Assembly: GCA_963793425.1 (NCBI GenBank) | Contig: CAWCAG010000009.1 | Location: 352,001-416,000 of the forward strand | Source: an uncultured cyanobacterium | Lineage (GTDB): Bacteria > Cyanobacteriota > Cyanobacteriia > Cyanobacteriales > CAWCAG01 | Direction of reading: 5' to 3' | Length of the DNA stretch: 64,000 nucleotides | In this document: positions 10,362 to 20,490 of the stretch, one piece after another | Layout: every line of letters begins with the position of its first letter | Numbering within the stretch: the stretch's first letter is position 1 | Program-made: the position numbers and the translations under genes | Notes under the pieces: generated by a model | What the model saw: only the letters and a program-made list of their open reading frames with translations | The model's database searches: none | Told to the model about the DNA's origin: nothing

Positions 10362-12141
10362 CTAACTTAAGATAACAATCGTAATCTTGTTGTTCGTAAC
10401 AAACAAAAGTTACTTGAGTAAGAGTAGGATTAAGAGAAGAGTTTCTTGCTAAAAAGTTCACCACCGCATCTACAGCAATTTTGGCAGCTTTAGCTTTCGG
10501 AAAACCTCCACCTCCTGTCCCTAGGCAAGGAAAAGCGATAGTTGCTATGTTGTGTTGCTCTGCCAACTTTAAGCAACTCTCATAACACTTGGCTAAATTC
10601 ATTTCTTCATCTTGCCCTCCTCCTTGCCAAATAGGGGCAACAACATGGATAATCCACTGGGCAGGTAAATTATAACCGGGAGTGATTTTTGCTTCCCCAA
10701 CTTTACCCTCACCCAACTTCTTCATCTCCACCTGCAAAGCTTTTCCCCCAGATTGTTTAATCACAGCATCAACAGCACCGCCACAAAAATAACGATCAGT
10801 AGGATTAACCACCGCATCTACCTTTTGCTTAGTAATATCTCCTTTAATCACTCTCCAGCGATCGCTCTTTGTTTGAGCATTGCGGCGAGTATAATAATCT
10901 CCGTGGGCAAATTGAGCGCTACTGGCCCTAACTTGATGGGATTCATAACTAGCTCGTTTGCGATATTTTTTGAGTTGACGGTTTTGCAAATTCTGCTCTA
11001 AATCAGCGCAGGATTGGGCTTCTTGAGCTAAAAGAGGGGATGCCGGAGCTTTTAGTAATTCCCCTCGACTCTTTTGCAGGAGTTGGCTTGCCCCTTCATA
11101 GTCCCCTTGATCTACTTTCTGAACCGCCTCTTCTTTGGCCCTTGCAGACATCATCATGGCCACCTGTTGCTGCACTTCAGTGTTGAAGGGATATTCTTTT
11201 AATTGAGCAGAATTAACCACAGAAAGCTGCAAAGCCACTTTCAGTTTTTGTCTTTGTTCTTCTAAGTCATCCCAACCAAGGCGGAAACTGCAAAGGGTTT
11301 GTGCTTCTGTTTGAGGAGGTATTGTTAAGCGTACTACTGTGATAAAAGGATTGCCTTTAATGAGGTTAGGCAACTTATACTTACCTTTACGAGTTACCGC
11401 AAAATCATTCAAAACATCAGCCACCTGTACCCCTGCTTGGGGTTCAATAGCTAAACGTACTCGACGACCAAATGTTCCTACTAAACCTTGCATTTCCATC
11501 TCAAATATGGCTGGCAGTTGCTCAGGAGATTCGATGTAATGATAGTTCCCATCCCCACTCTGGGCCATGGTTTGCAGCAAGTCTTCGTTATAACTCAGAC
11601 CCACTCCCATTGTAGAAGTGCTAATACCCCGCTTAGCTAAACCCTCAACGTCACTAGCAATAACATCTGGGTTGGTTTCCCCCCGATTTGCTAGTCCGTC
11701 AGAAAGGAGAATAACCCGATTTAACTGTTCTTGTTGCTGGAGATGTTGACCAACTTGCATTCCTCCCTCTACCCAACCAGCATGAAGGGCTGTGGCACTG
11801 CGGGGTTGAATTTTTTGAATTTGAGCCAGTAAATAAGCTTTATCTGCTGCGAGGGTACTGGCTACTAAGGTTTCCACCCTGTCATCATAAATAGTGATAC
11901 TAACCCGATCGGTAGCTAAAAGCTGCTCTACAGCATAGCAAGCAGCTTGACGAGCATAGGTAATCTTTTCTCCTTCCATAGAACCAGAACGGTCTATAAC
12001 CAAGCCTAGGTTTAAGTTTGGTCGTTGCAAGTGTAGATCCGGTTCAGGAGGCATGATTTTCACCACTAAATCTAGAGTGGTGGTAGTTTCGCTACTAACG
12101 GCATTACGTAGGGGAATTAATTCTATTTTAGGTCTGTTCAT
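10345..12141 (-). CDS. vWA domain protein fused to C-terminal Macro domain
   Basis: MIDAS DRSGSM, LLSDG; C-terminus GDITKQKVDAVVNP, GEAKITPGYNLPAQWIIHVVAP, IAFPCLGTG. Confidence 0.88.
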   Translation of the reverse strand: MNRPKIELIPLRNAVSSETTTTLDLVVKIMPPEPDLHLQRPNLNLGLVIDRSGSMEGEKITYARQAACYAVEQLLATDRVSITIYDDRVETLVASTLAADKAYLLAQIQKIQPRSATALHAGWVEGGMQVGQHLQQQEQLNRVILLSDGLANRGETNPDVIASDVEGLAKRGISTSTMGVGLSYNEDLLQTMAQSGDGNYHYIESPEQLPAIFEMEMQGLVGTFGRRVRLAIEPQAGVQVADVLNDFAVTRKGKYKLPNLIKGNPFITVVRLTIPPQTEAQTLCSFRLGWDDLEEQRQKLKVALQLSVVNSAQLKEYPFNTEVQQQVAMMMSARAKEEAVQKVDQGDYEGASQLLQKSRGELLKAPASPLLAQEAQSCADLEQNLQNRQLKKYRKRASYESHQVRASSAQFAHGDYYTRRNAQTKSDRWRVIKGDITKQKVDAVVNPTDRYFCGGAVDAVIKQSGGKALQVEMKKLGEGKVGEAKITPGYNLPAQWIIHVVAPIWQGGGQDEEMNLAKCYESCLKLAEQHNIATIAFPCLGTGGGGFPKAKAAKIAVDAVVNFLARNSSLNPTLTQVTFVCYEQQDYDCYLKLVIPSP

Positions 12142-12144
12142 GGC

Positions 12145-12744
12145 TTATAAGGTCTTTAATTTTTGGGCTATATACTGCAAAAGGTTTTCTTGTTCTTGGA
12201 GGCTATGGGGATAGGCAAAGTCTTCCCGCAAATGGATTTCCAAACCAGGTACGATTTCTAAACGAGTCCATTTGAGATCAGTAGTCCCGAAACCTGAAGG
12301 AGACTTTTTGGTGGCTACTTTCGGTGTCTTACTAAGAGGTTGGCGTTGTTTGATTTCTTGGAGAAAGCCCAAGGCTGGGTTAGCTGCGGTAACGGTAAGT
12401 TGTATGCCTCCTTGAAGTAGTGCTTCTAAGTCTGAGTTATCCTTGGTCTTGGGCAGGTTTTGAATGGCACTAGCCCCATATCCTTCTGCTAAAAGCCTCC
12501 GTACCACTAACATTTGTAAAAGATGGCGGTAGGTATAAATGGCATAGCGGCCCTCTTTTTGAGGATCATCAACCATTCCTTGGCTAGTGTAATGACGCAC
12601 TAAGCGGGGAGTGATTGTCTCTCGCACTTTGGTATGGGATCTTTGTACAGGCAAGAATTGGGGTAGTAGGTTGTTGAGAACCTCGACAAATTCTGATAAT
12701 GACCAATGAGGTTTACTTTGAGCTAATTTATTTAGTGATTCCAT
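12145..12744 (-). CDS. MerR-like HTH transcriptional regulator
   Basis: ITPRLVRHYTSQGMVDDP..YTYRHLLQ; C-terminal WTRLEIVPGLEIHL; likely start MESLNK. Confidence 0.8.
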   Translation of the reverse strand: MESLNKLAQSKPHWSLSEFVEVLNNLLPQFLPVQRSHTKVRETITPRLVRHYTSQGMVDDPQKEGRYAIYTYRHLLQMLVVRRLLAEGYGASAIQNLPKTKDNSDLEALLQGGIQLTVTAANPALGFLQEIKQRQPLSKTPKVATKKSPSGFGTTDLKWTRLEIVPGLEIHLREDFAYPHSLQEQENLLQYIAQKLKTL

Positions 12745-12967
12745 AATAACAAGTATATAAGACAATGACAACTGCAACTGTTATTGATTTTTGTATTGGG
12801 ATCTCTATTTATCCATAAGCTCAAATCTTTCCGAGAAAGCCCTGTTCCTTAATAAACAATTCATTCTTGAGACAGAATTATAAGTTCTCTACTTTGACCC
12901 CTCAGCCAGAAGAGAAAACCCCTTAAGCCTCTTAGGATTAAAGAAGCTAATATCAGGAGATTAAAAC

Positions 12968-13513
12968 ATGGCTCAAGCGTTGCAAGGTAAAAAAATTGCC
13001 ATCTTAGTAGAAAGTGGTTTTGAACAGGTAGAAATGACCAAACCTCGGCAGGCCCTTGATGAAGCTGGCGCTCAAACTGAATTAATTTCCCCTCAAAACG
13101 AGAAAGTACAAGGGTGGAATCATTTTGACAAAGGTGATACATTTCCTGTTGATGTGCAGCTAGATAGTGCTAACCCCACCAGCTATGACGGACTCTTACT
13201 GCCTGGAGGTGTTGCTAACCCCGATCAACTACGTACTAATGACAAAGCTATACAGTTTATTGCTGCTTTTTTTGCTGCCAATAAACCCGTGGCAGCTATT
13301 TGCCATGGCCCTTGGACTCTCATTGAAGCAGGGGTAGTTAAAGGGCGTACAGTGACTTCCTGGCCATCCCTGAAAACAGACCTGAAAAATGCCGGGGCTA
13401 TTTGGGCTGATAGAGAAGTTGTGGTAGATAGAGGTTTAATTACTAGCCGCAACCCTGATGATATTCCTGCTTTTACGGAAAAGATGATTGAGATGTTATC
13501 AACGGAGCAGTAA
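12968..13513 (+). CDS. PfpI/DJ-1 family protein (type 1 glutamine amidotransferase-like)
   Basis: GFEQVEM, LLPGGVANPD, AICHGPW nucleophile elbow. Confidence 0.92.
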   Translation: MAQALQGKKIAILVESGFEQVEMTKPRQALDEAGAQTELISPQNEKVQGWNHFDKGDTFPVDVQLDSANPTSYDGLLLPGGVANPDQLRTNDKAIQFIAAFFAANKPVAAICHGPWTLIEAGVVKGRTVTSWPSLKTDLKNAGAIWADREVVVDRGLITSRNPDDIPAFTEKMIEMLSTEQ

Positions 13514-13515
13514 CT

Positions 13516-14496
13516 TTAGCTTAAACCGCAAGGTACTTTTGCCAATGCTTCTTCAATCACCAAAGAATCTGCATCAGGTAAATATACATTTTCGCTAATG
13601 TGACGTTTCCAAGCTTTAGAGCCGGGTTGTCCAGAAAATAGTTGTAGTATGTGGCGGCTAATGGAATTTAACCTTAGACCTTTCCCCAACCAATAATCAA
13701 TATAAGGAAGCATTTTCGCAACAACTTCATGGCGAGTTAAAGTTGCTGTGGCATCGCCATAAATTTCTTGATCTACAGTAGCAAAAAGATAAGGATGATC
13801 ATAAGCTGCCCTGCCCACCATGACCCCATCAACATATTGATACTGTTGCTTAATTTGTTCTAAGCTAGTTATGCCGCCATTTATTTCAATGCAAAGTTGC
13901 GAAAAGTCTTCCTTGAGGCGATAAACATCTTCATATCGCAAAGGGGGAATGTGGCGATTTTCTTTCGGACTCAAGCCCTTTAACCAAGCTTTCCTCGCAT
14001 GGACGGTGAAGCGTTGACAACCCGCTGCTGCAACAATTTTAACAAAGTCGGCCATGTCTTCATACCTATCTTGGTCATCAATACCAATGCGATGTTTAAC
14101 AGTAACAGGTAAAGATGTTGCCTGTTGCATTGCGGCTACTGCACGGGCAACTTTTTCTGGTTGTGCCATCAAACAAGCCCCAAAGTTGCCATTTTGCACA
14201 CGACTACTTGGACAACCCACATTAAGATTAATTTCATCATAACCCCAATCTTCAGCAATGCGAGTACATTCTGCTAACTCCTGGGGATTGTCACCACCAA
14301 TTTGCAAAGATAGCGGTTTTTCTTCTAAGGAAAAATCCAATAATTTATGGCGATCGCCCCGTAAGATAGCGGGGGAGGTGATCATTTCTGTATAAAGTAA
14401 GCTATGCCTTGTAATGGTACGCATAAAGTAGCGAAAATGCCGATCTGTGCGATCCATCATTGGTGCAATACTAAGAGGATTAAAAAGCATTTTCAA
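13516..14496 (-). CDS. dusA: tRNA dihydrouridine synthase DusA
   Basis: APMMDRTDRH, NLNVGCPS, HARKAWLKGLSPKENR, INGGI. Confidence 0.93.
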   Translation of the reverse strand: MKMLFNPLSIAPMMDRTDRHFRYFMRTITRHSLLYTEMITSPAILRGDRHKLLDFSLEEKPLSLQIGGDNPQELAECTRIAEDWGYDEINLNVGCPSSRVQNGNFGACLMAQPEKVARAVAAMQQATSLPVTVKHRIGIDDQDRYEDMADFVKIVAAAGCQRFTVHARKAWLKGLSPKENRHIPPLRYEDVYRLKEDFSQLCIEINGGITSLEQIKQQYQYVDGVMVGRAAYDHPYLFATVDQEIYGDATATLTRHEVVAKMLPYIDYWLGKGLRLNSISRHILQLFSGQPGSKAWKRHISENVYLPDADSLVIEEALAKVPCGLS

Positions 14497-14499
14497 TGA

Positions 14500-17400
14500 T
14501 CAATTAGCCTCCTTGAGCTTAACTAAAACATCCTGCAAAGCTAATTTTACCTCTTTATACTCTTGCTGTAGTTGAGAATTAACTTCTTGAGAATGAGAAA
14601 GAGAATTTTTACGTCCCATCATTTCTAAATCTTGACATAATTGAGAAAGCTTCAGCGCTCCTAATGTAGCACTGCTAGACTTTAGTAAGTGAGCAGCATT
14701 TTCTAAGGCAGTTGCTTCTTGTTGCTTAACAGCTTGTTCAATATATTCTACTTGTTCGGTCGCTTCTTCGAGATAGGTTTCCACTAATTCTAAGCATTCT
14801 TGAGTATCACAATCAAGAGCTTCAAAAGTATCTTGAAGTTGTTTAAGATTAATAGCACATGACAACTTCTGTGCTGATACTTTACTATCGCTATTTTTTG
14901 GTTGAACTTCTAAAGGTGGGCATTCTTGAATAACCTTAACCAAGTCTTCTAACCTAATCGGTTTGCTGAGATAATTATCCATCCCCGCCGCTAAACATCT
15001 TTCTCTATCTCCTTGCATGGCATTAGCTGTCATAGCTACAATGTAAGGACGACAATTAGATTCTATTTCTTGACAAATAATTTGCGTTGCCCTTAAGCCA
15101 TCCATTTCTGGCATATGAACATCCATGAAAATTAGATCATAACTTTGCTTTTTCAACGCTGCTATTACTTCGATACCATTAACAACTACATCCGCTTGAT
15201 AGCCCATCTTTTCTAAAATAGTTAGAGCCAGCTTTTGATTAACTAAATTGTCTTCTGCTAGGAGAATATTAAGAGGATGTTGACTAGCTAATTCGCTGTC
15301 GATGGTAATTGTTTCAGGGCGAGGTTGGCTTATCTTCGTTACCTGCCCCCCCAGAATTTTTGCTAAAATATTATACAATTGAGATTGCTTAATAGGCTTA
15401 TTTAAACAGGCAGCAAAATTGGCTTTTTGAGATTCAGCAACTATTTCTGGCTTGCCGATGGAGGTTAACATTACCAAAGGTAAATGGTAATTGAGGGGGA
15501 GGTTGTGGATTTTTCTACCTAGAGTTAAACCATCCATAGCTGGCATTTGCATATCTAAAATAGCCAGATTGAAAGTTTCTCCTTTTTGCAATAATTCTAA
15601 GGCTTTTTGCCCTGATGATGCAGCACGAGAACTCATGCCCCAAGATTGAGCTTGCATAGTCAGGATTTTACGGTTAGTGGCATTGTCATCCACAATTAAG
15701 AGGTGCTTGCCTGCCATTTGGGAACGATCCGCAACTAAGTCAGGGGAATTATAATTAATAACTTCCCTTGTCATCATGGTAAAGAAGAAAGTGGAACCTT
15801 TACCCGCTTCGCTTTCTAGCCACATTTTACCCCCCATCATTTCACAAAGCTGGCGGCAGATAGCTAAACCTAATCCTGTACCACCATATTCGCGGGTGGT
15901 GGAAGAGTCTACCTGACTGAAAGGTTCAAAAAGACAGTTTTTACGCTCTTGGGGAATGCCAATACCTGTATCCTTAACGGCAAAACGGATCTCTGTGGCT
16001 TGGCTATCTGATTTGTAAGCCTCTACAAAAACAATCACTTCTCCTGTAGAAGTGAATTTAATAGCATTGCTGAGTAAGTTGACTAAGATCTGCCGCAACC
16101 GAGTAGTGTCTCCCAGAATAGTTTGGGGGGTATGGGGAGCAATTTGATAAGCTAATTCCAATTGCTTCTGGGCAGCTTTGGCAGCTAGTAAGTCAAGGGA
16201 TTCTTCAATGCAAGTCCTTAATTCAAAAGGATGCTGTTCTAATTCTAGCTTGCCAGATTCAATTTTGGAAAAGTCGAGGATGTCATTAATAATGGTGAGG
16301 AGGGTATTGCCACTATTGCAGATTGTTTCTACAAAGTCTCTTTGTTGCCAAGAAAGTTCTGTATCTGCTAGCAAATCTGTCATGCCAATCACGGCATTCA
16401 TGGGGGTACGTATTTCATGACTCATGGTGGCTAGAAATTCACCTTTAGCTATGGTTCCTGCTAAAGCTTCATCCCTTGCTTGTGCTAACTCTGCGGCTGC
16501 TTGTAAACGCTCAATTTCTCCCCCAATCCACTGAGCCATTAGCCTTAATAGTTCTCTATCTAAGGCTTTGAAAGGTTTAATGTGGGGGTTGACACTACTA
16601 AAACTGAGAGTACCGTAGATTTGCTCTCCTACAAACACAGGCACTCCCATATAAGCTTCTAGCTTAAAAGCTTGATAACAGGAGTGTTCTCTCCAAGCAG
16701 AGTTACTAGCACAATTAAATGAGATGGGTTTTGCGGCTGCAATAGTTTCTTGGCAATAGGTTTGCTTTAAGTTGAGAACAGTTCCTTGAATATTAACTTG
16801 GTTAGGTAATTGGGCTGCAACTATCTCATAACACTCTCCTTGAACATGAGACAAAATCCCTAAACCCAAGCCAAATTCTCGGCAACCAAAAGCCAAGAGT
16901 TTGCAGAGAGTTTGCCCAAAGTCAGCTTGCCGACAGGCGGTAATGTCGTATAAGGTACGGATAGCAGCTTCGCTAGCTCTTAACTCCTGCTCTACCTGCT
17001 TTTGCCCGGTAATATCAAAAATAACTCCATCCAAGTAAACTTTCTGGGTATTTTCTTCCCGATTTGCTTGCCCTTTCTCATAAACCCAACAAATACTACC
17101 ATCTGCCCTAACTAAGCGATATTCTAAGATAAAAGGCTTTTTCGCCTCAATGCTACTCTCGATTTTTCTTTTAACTTGAGCAATGTCTTCAGGATGGATA
17201 ATACTATCAAAGCTACGTATGTGGTTATTAATAAAATCAGAGCTAGGATAACCAGAAAGAGAAGCAATTTCCTGGCTAATATAAACCATTGTCCAATCTT
17301 GATCCCAAAAACAACGATAAATAGCTCCAGGAAGATTGTCTACTAAGGAATGAAATCTAGCATCCCTATTTTTTAAAGAAACTAAAGCCTGCTTTCTGGT

Positions 17401-17868
17401 GGTAATATCTTCGACAAACCCTTCATAGTAAATGATGTTTCCTGTTTCATTTTTGATCGCGCGGGTATGTTCACAAATCCAAATAATGCTACCATCTCGG
17501 CGATAAACTTGAGATTCAAACTGAGAAACCATCCCCTCTTTAGCCATAATCTGGAGAAATTCTTCCCGTCGCTGAGGAGAAACATAAAGACATTTGGCAA
17601 TATCTGTAAGCTGAGCAATTAATTCTTCTGGAGAATCGTAACCATAAATGTTAGCCAAAGTTTGATTAACTTTCAGGTATTTTCCTGATCTGGTAGTTTG
17701 GAAAATACCAACGACAGTATTGTTGAAAATGCTACTATACTTTCTCTCTTTGTCTTGGAGGGCGGCTTCTGCTTGTTCGCATCTTGCTGTCAACTCCGCT
17801 AATTTTTCGTTAGCTGAGGTGAGTTGGAGTTTTTGCTGGGCGACTAACTTTTGTAGTTTGTTACTCAT
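14500..17868 (-). CDS. Hybrid sensor histidine kinase (PAS-PAS-GAF-HisKA-HATPase-REC-REC-Hpt)
   Basis: [11 protein letters not shown]-box, [17 protein letters not shown], two receivers (LDMQMP, MDVHMP), AHLLKSSSA Hpt. Confidence 0.93.
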   Translation of the reverse strand: MSNKLQKLVAQQKLQLTSANEKLAELTARCEQAEAALQDKERKYSSIFNNTVVGIFQTTRSGKYLKVNQTLANIYGYDSPEELIAQLTDIAKCLYVSPQRREEFLQIMAKEGMVSQFESQVYRRDGSIIWICEHTRAIKNETGNIIYYEGFVEDITTRKQALVSLKNRDARFHSLVDNLPGAIYRCFWDQDWTMVYISQEIASLSGYPSSDFINNHIRSFDSIIHPEDIAQVKRKIESSIEAKKPFILEYRLVRADGSICWVYEKGQANREENTQKVYLDGVIFDITGQKQVEQELRASEAAIRTLYDITACRQADFGQTLCKLLAFGCREFGLGLGILSHVQGECYEIVAAQLPNQVNIQGTVLNLKQTYCQETIAAAKPISFNCASNSAWREHSCYQAFKLEAYMGVPVFVGEQIYGTLSFSSVNPHIKPFKALDRELLRLMAQWIGGEIERLQAAAELAQARDEALAGTIAKGEFLATMSHEIRTPMNAVIGMTDLLADTELSWQQRDFVETICNSGNTLLTIINDILDFSKIESGKLELEQHPFELRTCIEESLDLLAAKAAQKQLELAYQIAPHTPQTILGDTTRLRQILVNLLSNAIKFTSTGEVIVFVEAYKSDSQATEIRFAVKDTGIGIPQERKNCLFEPFSQVDSSTTREYGGTGLGLAICRQLCEMMGGKMWLESEAGKGSTFFFTMMTREVINYNSPDLVADRSQMAGKHLLIVDDNATNRKILTMQAQSWGMSSRAASSGQKALELLQKGETFNLAILDMQMPAMDGLTLGRKIHNLPLNYHLPLVMLTSIGKPEIVAESQKANFAACLNKPIKQSQLYNILAKILGGQVTKISQPRPETITIDSELASQHPLNILLAEDNLVNQKLALTILEKMGYQADVVVNGIEVIAALKKQSYDLIFMDVHMPEMDGLRATQIICQEIESNCRPYIVAMTANAMQGDRERCLAAGMDNYLSKPIRLEDLVKVIQECPPLEVQPKNSDSKVSAQKLSCAINLKQLQDTFEALDCDTQECLELVETYLEEATEQVEYIEQAVKQQEATALENAAHLLKSSSATLGALKLSQLCQDLEMMGRKNSLSHSQEVNSQLQQEYKEVKLALQDVLVKLKEAN

Positions 17869-17942
17869 TATCTAGAACAGAAGAGCCTTGCTTGAGGAGT
17901 CATCTTTTGTTGGTTATAACTTAGATTACTATAAATTAACCA

Positions 17943-18800
17943 CTAAACTGAGCCATTCTGATGATCAGCTTTTTTGAGGTTTTTTCCTTCTAATAAATCT
18001 ACCAATAATAAACTTCTTCTCTCTTTCTTACGTTCTTCTATACGTTGACGCAAAGAATTTTCTTGCTTTTGTTTTTCGTGAGAAGCCACCCAAGATAAAG
18101 TGATAGAAAGGGCAACTAAACTAAAAAACATAGCGATAAACACTTCTGCCATAACTACAGTTTTGGCTAATAAAGAAACAGGGTGAATATCTCCGTAACC
18201 GACGGTAGAAAAAGTAATTACCGAAAAATAAATTGAGAGCAAACCATCTTTTAATCCCCAAAAATGTTCTGGGTTAGAACGAAACATTTCTGCATAGAGA
18301 CTAGAGAAACCAACAATAACAGTTAAAAAGCCGAGGAATAAAAACAGCAGCAAGAAATGTAATTGGTTGATGGAAGGAATAAATTGATATTCAAAAAGCT
18401 TTTTACCATCTTGTTGTAATTCGCATTCCAATTCTGAACCTGCACCAACAATAAGTTCAGTGACAATTAAAATCACTAAAGTTAAGCCGCAAATAATGCT
18501 GAGACTTGAGGTGATTAAATCAGGCCAAGAAAAGCTATTTTGCGAGAAAACAGGTACAAAAGTGATGCGGAGACAACAGAGTAAAATAATACCGGCCACA
18601 ATTGTTAAAGACTTGCGGGATAAAATTAGTTTGCTATAGCGGCTACTCTGTTGACAAGCAATTAATTGTGGTTCTTGCTTATCTGTTAAAGAAGAATTTT
18701 CTAACCTTTCTAAAAGCAAATATTCAAGTATCTGACTTAATTGATCTTCATCTATTAAATCTTGAAGCTTCTTTTTGGCAGCTTGGTCTTGGTTATTCAT
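17943..18800 (-). CDS. Potassium channel domain protein
   Basis: YFSVITFSTVGYGDI selectivity filter flanked by TM helices. Confidence 0.85.
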   Translation of the reverse strand: MNNQDQAAKKKLQDLIDEDQLSQILEYLLLERLENSSLTDKQEPQLIACQQSSRYSKLILSRKSLTIVAGIILLCCLRITFVPVFSQNSFSWPDLITSSLSIICGLTLVILIVTELIVGAGSELECELQQDGKKLFEYQFIPSINQLHFLLLFLFLGFLTVIVGFSSLYAEMFRSNPEHFWGLKDGLLSIYFSVITFSTVGYGDIHPVSLLAKTVVMAEVFIAMFFSLVALSITLSWVASHEKQKQENSLRQRIEERKKERRSLLLVDLLEGKNLKKADHQNGSV

Positions 18801-18892
18801 GTCTATAAAATGAAATATAAAAATTGTTTAAATTGTATTAATTTAATGATAAAATAAAACAAACTATTAATAGTAATATAGACTACCGTAAA

Positions 18893-19342
18893 GTGGTGAC
18901 CAATCAAACAAACTCCTTGCCCCAAGGCCCTGGGATTGCTCTTTCCTTCCTTTATTATTTTTCTACCAGCACAATGATTGTGGCCTTTTTTTGCTCCCAA
19001 AGTCTTGGTACAGGTATGTTTTCTCCCCTTCCTTATCGCTACGGCATGATTGTTGGTGTTTTAACAGGAACTATAGGGGCTTATTTAAACCGTAGCAAAA
19101 CCATTTCTACCTCATTTAAAAAGAGCCGCGCCAAGCAAGAATTCAGTGAAAAGCTGCAACGAGCTTTGGTAGAAATGGGATTTGAAGTCAAGTCTCAAGA
19201 AGAAGACTATGCCATTTATGGTAAATCTTCTTTGGCATCACTCTTTGCCGGAAAAATATTCATCCAAATCGATAAAAAAGAAGCTACAATCCTCGGTAGA
19301 GCTACAGACTTAAAGAAATTGAGTAAAAAGTTAGATGTTTAA
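18893..19342 (+). CDS. Hypothetical membrane protein
   Basis: Two N-terminal hydrophobic helices, 149 aa. Confidence 0.65.
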   Translation: MVTNQTNSLPQGPGIALSFLYYFSTSTMIVAFFCSQSLGTGMFSPLPYRYGMIVGVLTGTIGAYLNRSKTISTSFKKSRAKQEFSEKLQRALVEMGFEVKSQEEDYAIYGKSSLASLFAGKIFIQIDKKEATILGRATDLKKLSKKLDV

Positions 19343-19386
19343 AGTTGATAGTCAATAGGGAACAGCTAATAGAAGATATCACAAAA

Positions 19387-19412
19387 CAATTAGCAATTAG
19401 CAATTAGCAATT
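19387..19412. repeat. Heptamer tandem repeat (CAATTAG)n
   Basis: CAATTAG x3.5 over the mtnA stop; related runs at about 39399-39429, 50540-50570, 56172-56215 and 60655-60690. Confidence 0.8.
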
Positions 19413-20454
19413 CTCCCGGTTTAAACGCACCTTTTTCGGTAATTATCCTTGTAATTAAATTAGCTGGAGTAACATCAAACGCGGGATTATAATAATCAAC
19501 CCCTTCAGGACATATTGTCGTAGTGCCAATTTGATAAATTTCTCGCTCATCTCTTTCTTCAATAGGAATTTCTTCCCCCCCAGCTAGCTTAAAATCAACG
19601 GTAGACAGAGGTGCAGCCACAAAAAAGGGAACATCATGGGCTTTCGCTAATACCGCCAAACCATAAGTACCAATTTTATTAGCTGCATCACCATTAGCAG
19701 CAATGCGATCTGCCCCAACAACCACCGCATTAATTAACCCTTGCTTCAAACAATGGGCAGCCATATTATCAGTAATAACTGTCACCGGAATACCTTCTTG
19801 CACACATTCCCAAGCCGTTAATTTCGCCCCCTGAAGACGAGGGCGAGTTTCATCAGCATAAACCCTAGCTAGCCTGTTTTCCCGCCAAGCAGAGCGAATT
19901 ACCCCTAATGCTGTACCATAACCAGCAGTAGCTAAAGCCCCGGCATTGCAATGGGTAAGTATAGTTAACTGTGAAGGAGTAGGAGGTAAAATTTCTAAGG
20001 CGCGATCGCCGATTTGTTGGCAAGTAGATAAATCTTCTGTTTGAATAGCTTGGGCTGTTTTTAATAATACTTCTTTAATCTCTTCAACAGAACCTGAAGT
20101 TCCTTGGGCTTGTTGCAACATCCGTTCAATAGCCCAAAACAAATTAACTGCGGTGGGGCGAGTCTGGCGTAACTTTTGAGCAACTTCTTCTAATTGAACT
20201 AAAAATAAATCTCGCTTTTCGGTAGCAATTTCTGTTGCCCCCAAATACATCCCATAAGCCGCCGCAACACCAATAGCAGGCGCACCACGGACAATCATCG
20301 TCTTAATCGCCTTAGCCATTTCTAAGCTACTTTTGATAGCAATGGTTTGATATTCTTGGGGCAACTTGGTTTGATCTATCAATACAACATAATCTTCTTG
20401 CCAAATCACCGGAAAAATTGTTTGGGTTGTGTGATTCATTGTGATATTCTCCAT
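19390..20454 (-). CDS. mtnA: S-methyl-5-thioribose-1-phosphate isomerase
   Basis: [48 protein letters not shown]. Confidence 0.95.
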   Translation of the reverse strand: MENITMNHTTQTIFPVIWQEDYVVLIDQTKLPQEYQTIAIKSSLEMAKAIKTMIVRGAPAIGVAAAYGMYLGATEIATEKRDLFLVQLEEVAQKLRQTRPTAVNLFWAIERMLQQAQGTSGSVEEIKEVLLKTAQAIQTEDLSTCQQIGDRALEILPPTPSQLTILTHCNAGALATAGYGTALGVIRSAWRENRLARVYADETRPRLQGAKLTAWECVQEGIPVTVITDNMAAHCLKQGLINAVVVGADRIAANGDAANKIGTYGLAVLAKAHDVPFFVAAPLSTVDFKLAGGEEIPIEERDEREIYQIGTTTICPEGVDYYNPAFDVTPANLITRIITEKGAFKPGELLIANC

Positions 20455-20490
20455 TCACCAGAGTTACAAATAGTTTGATTATTTTTTAGT

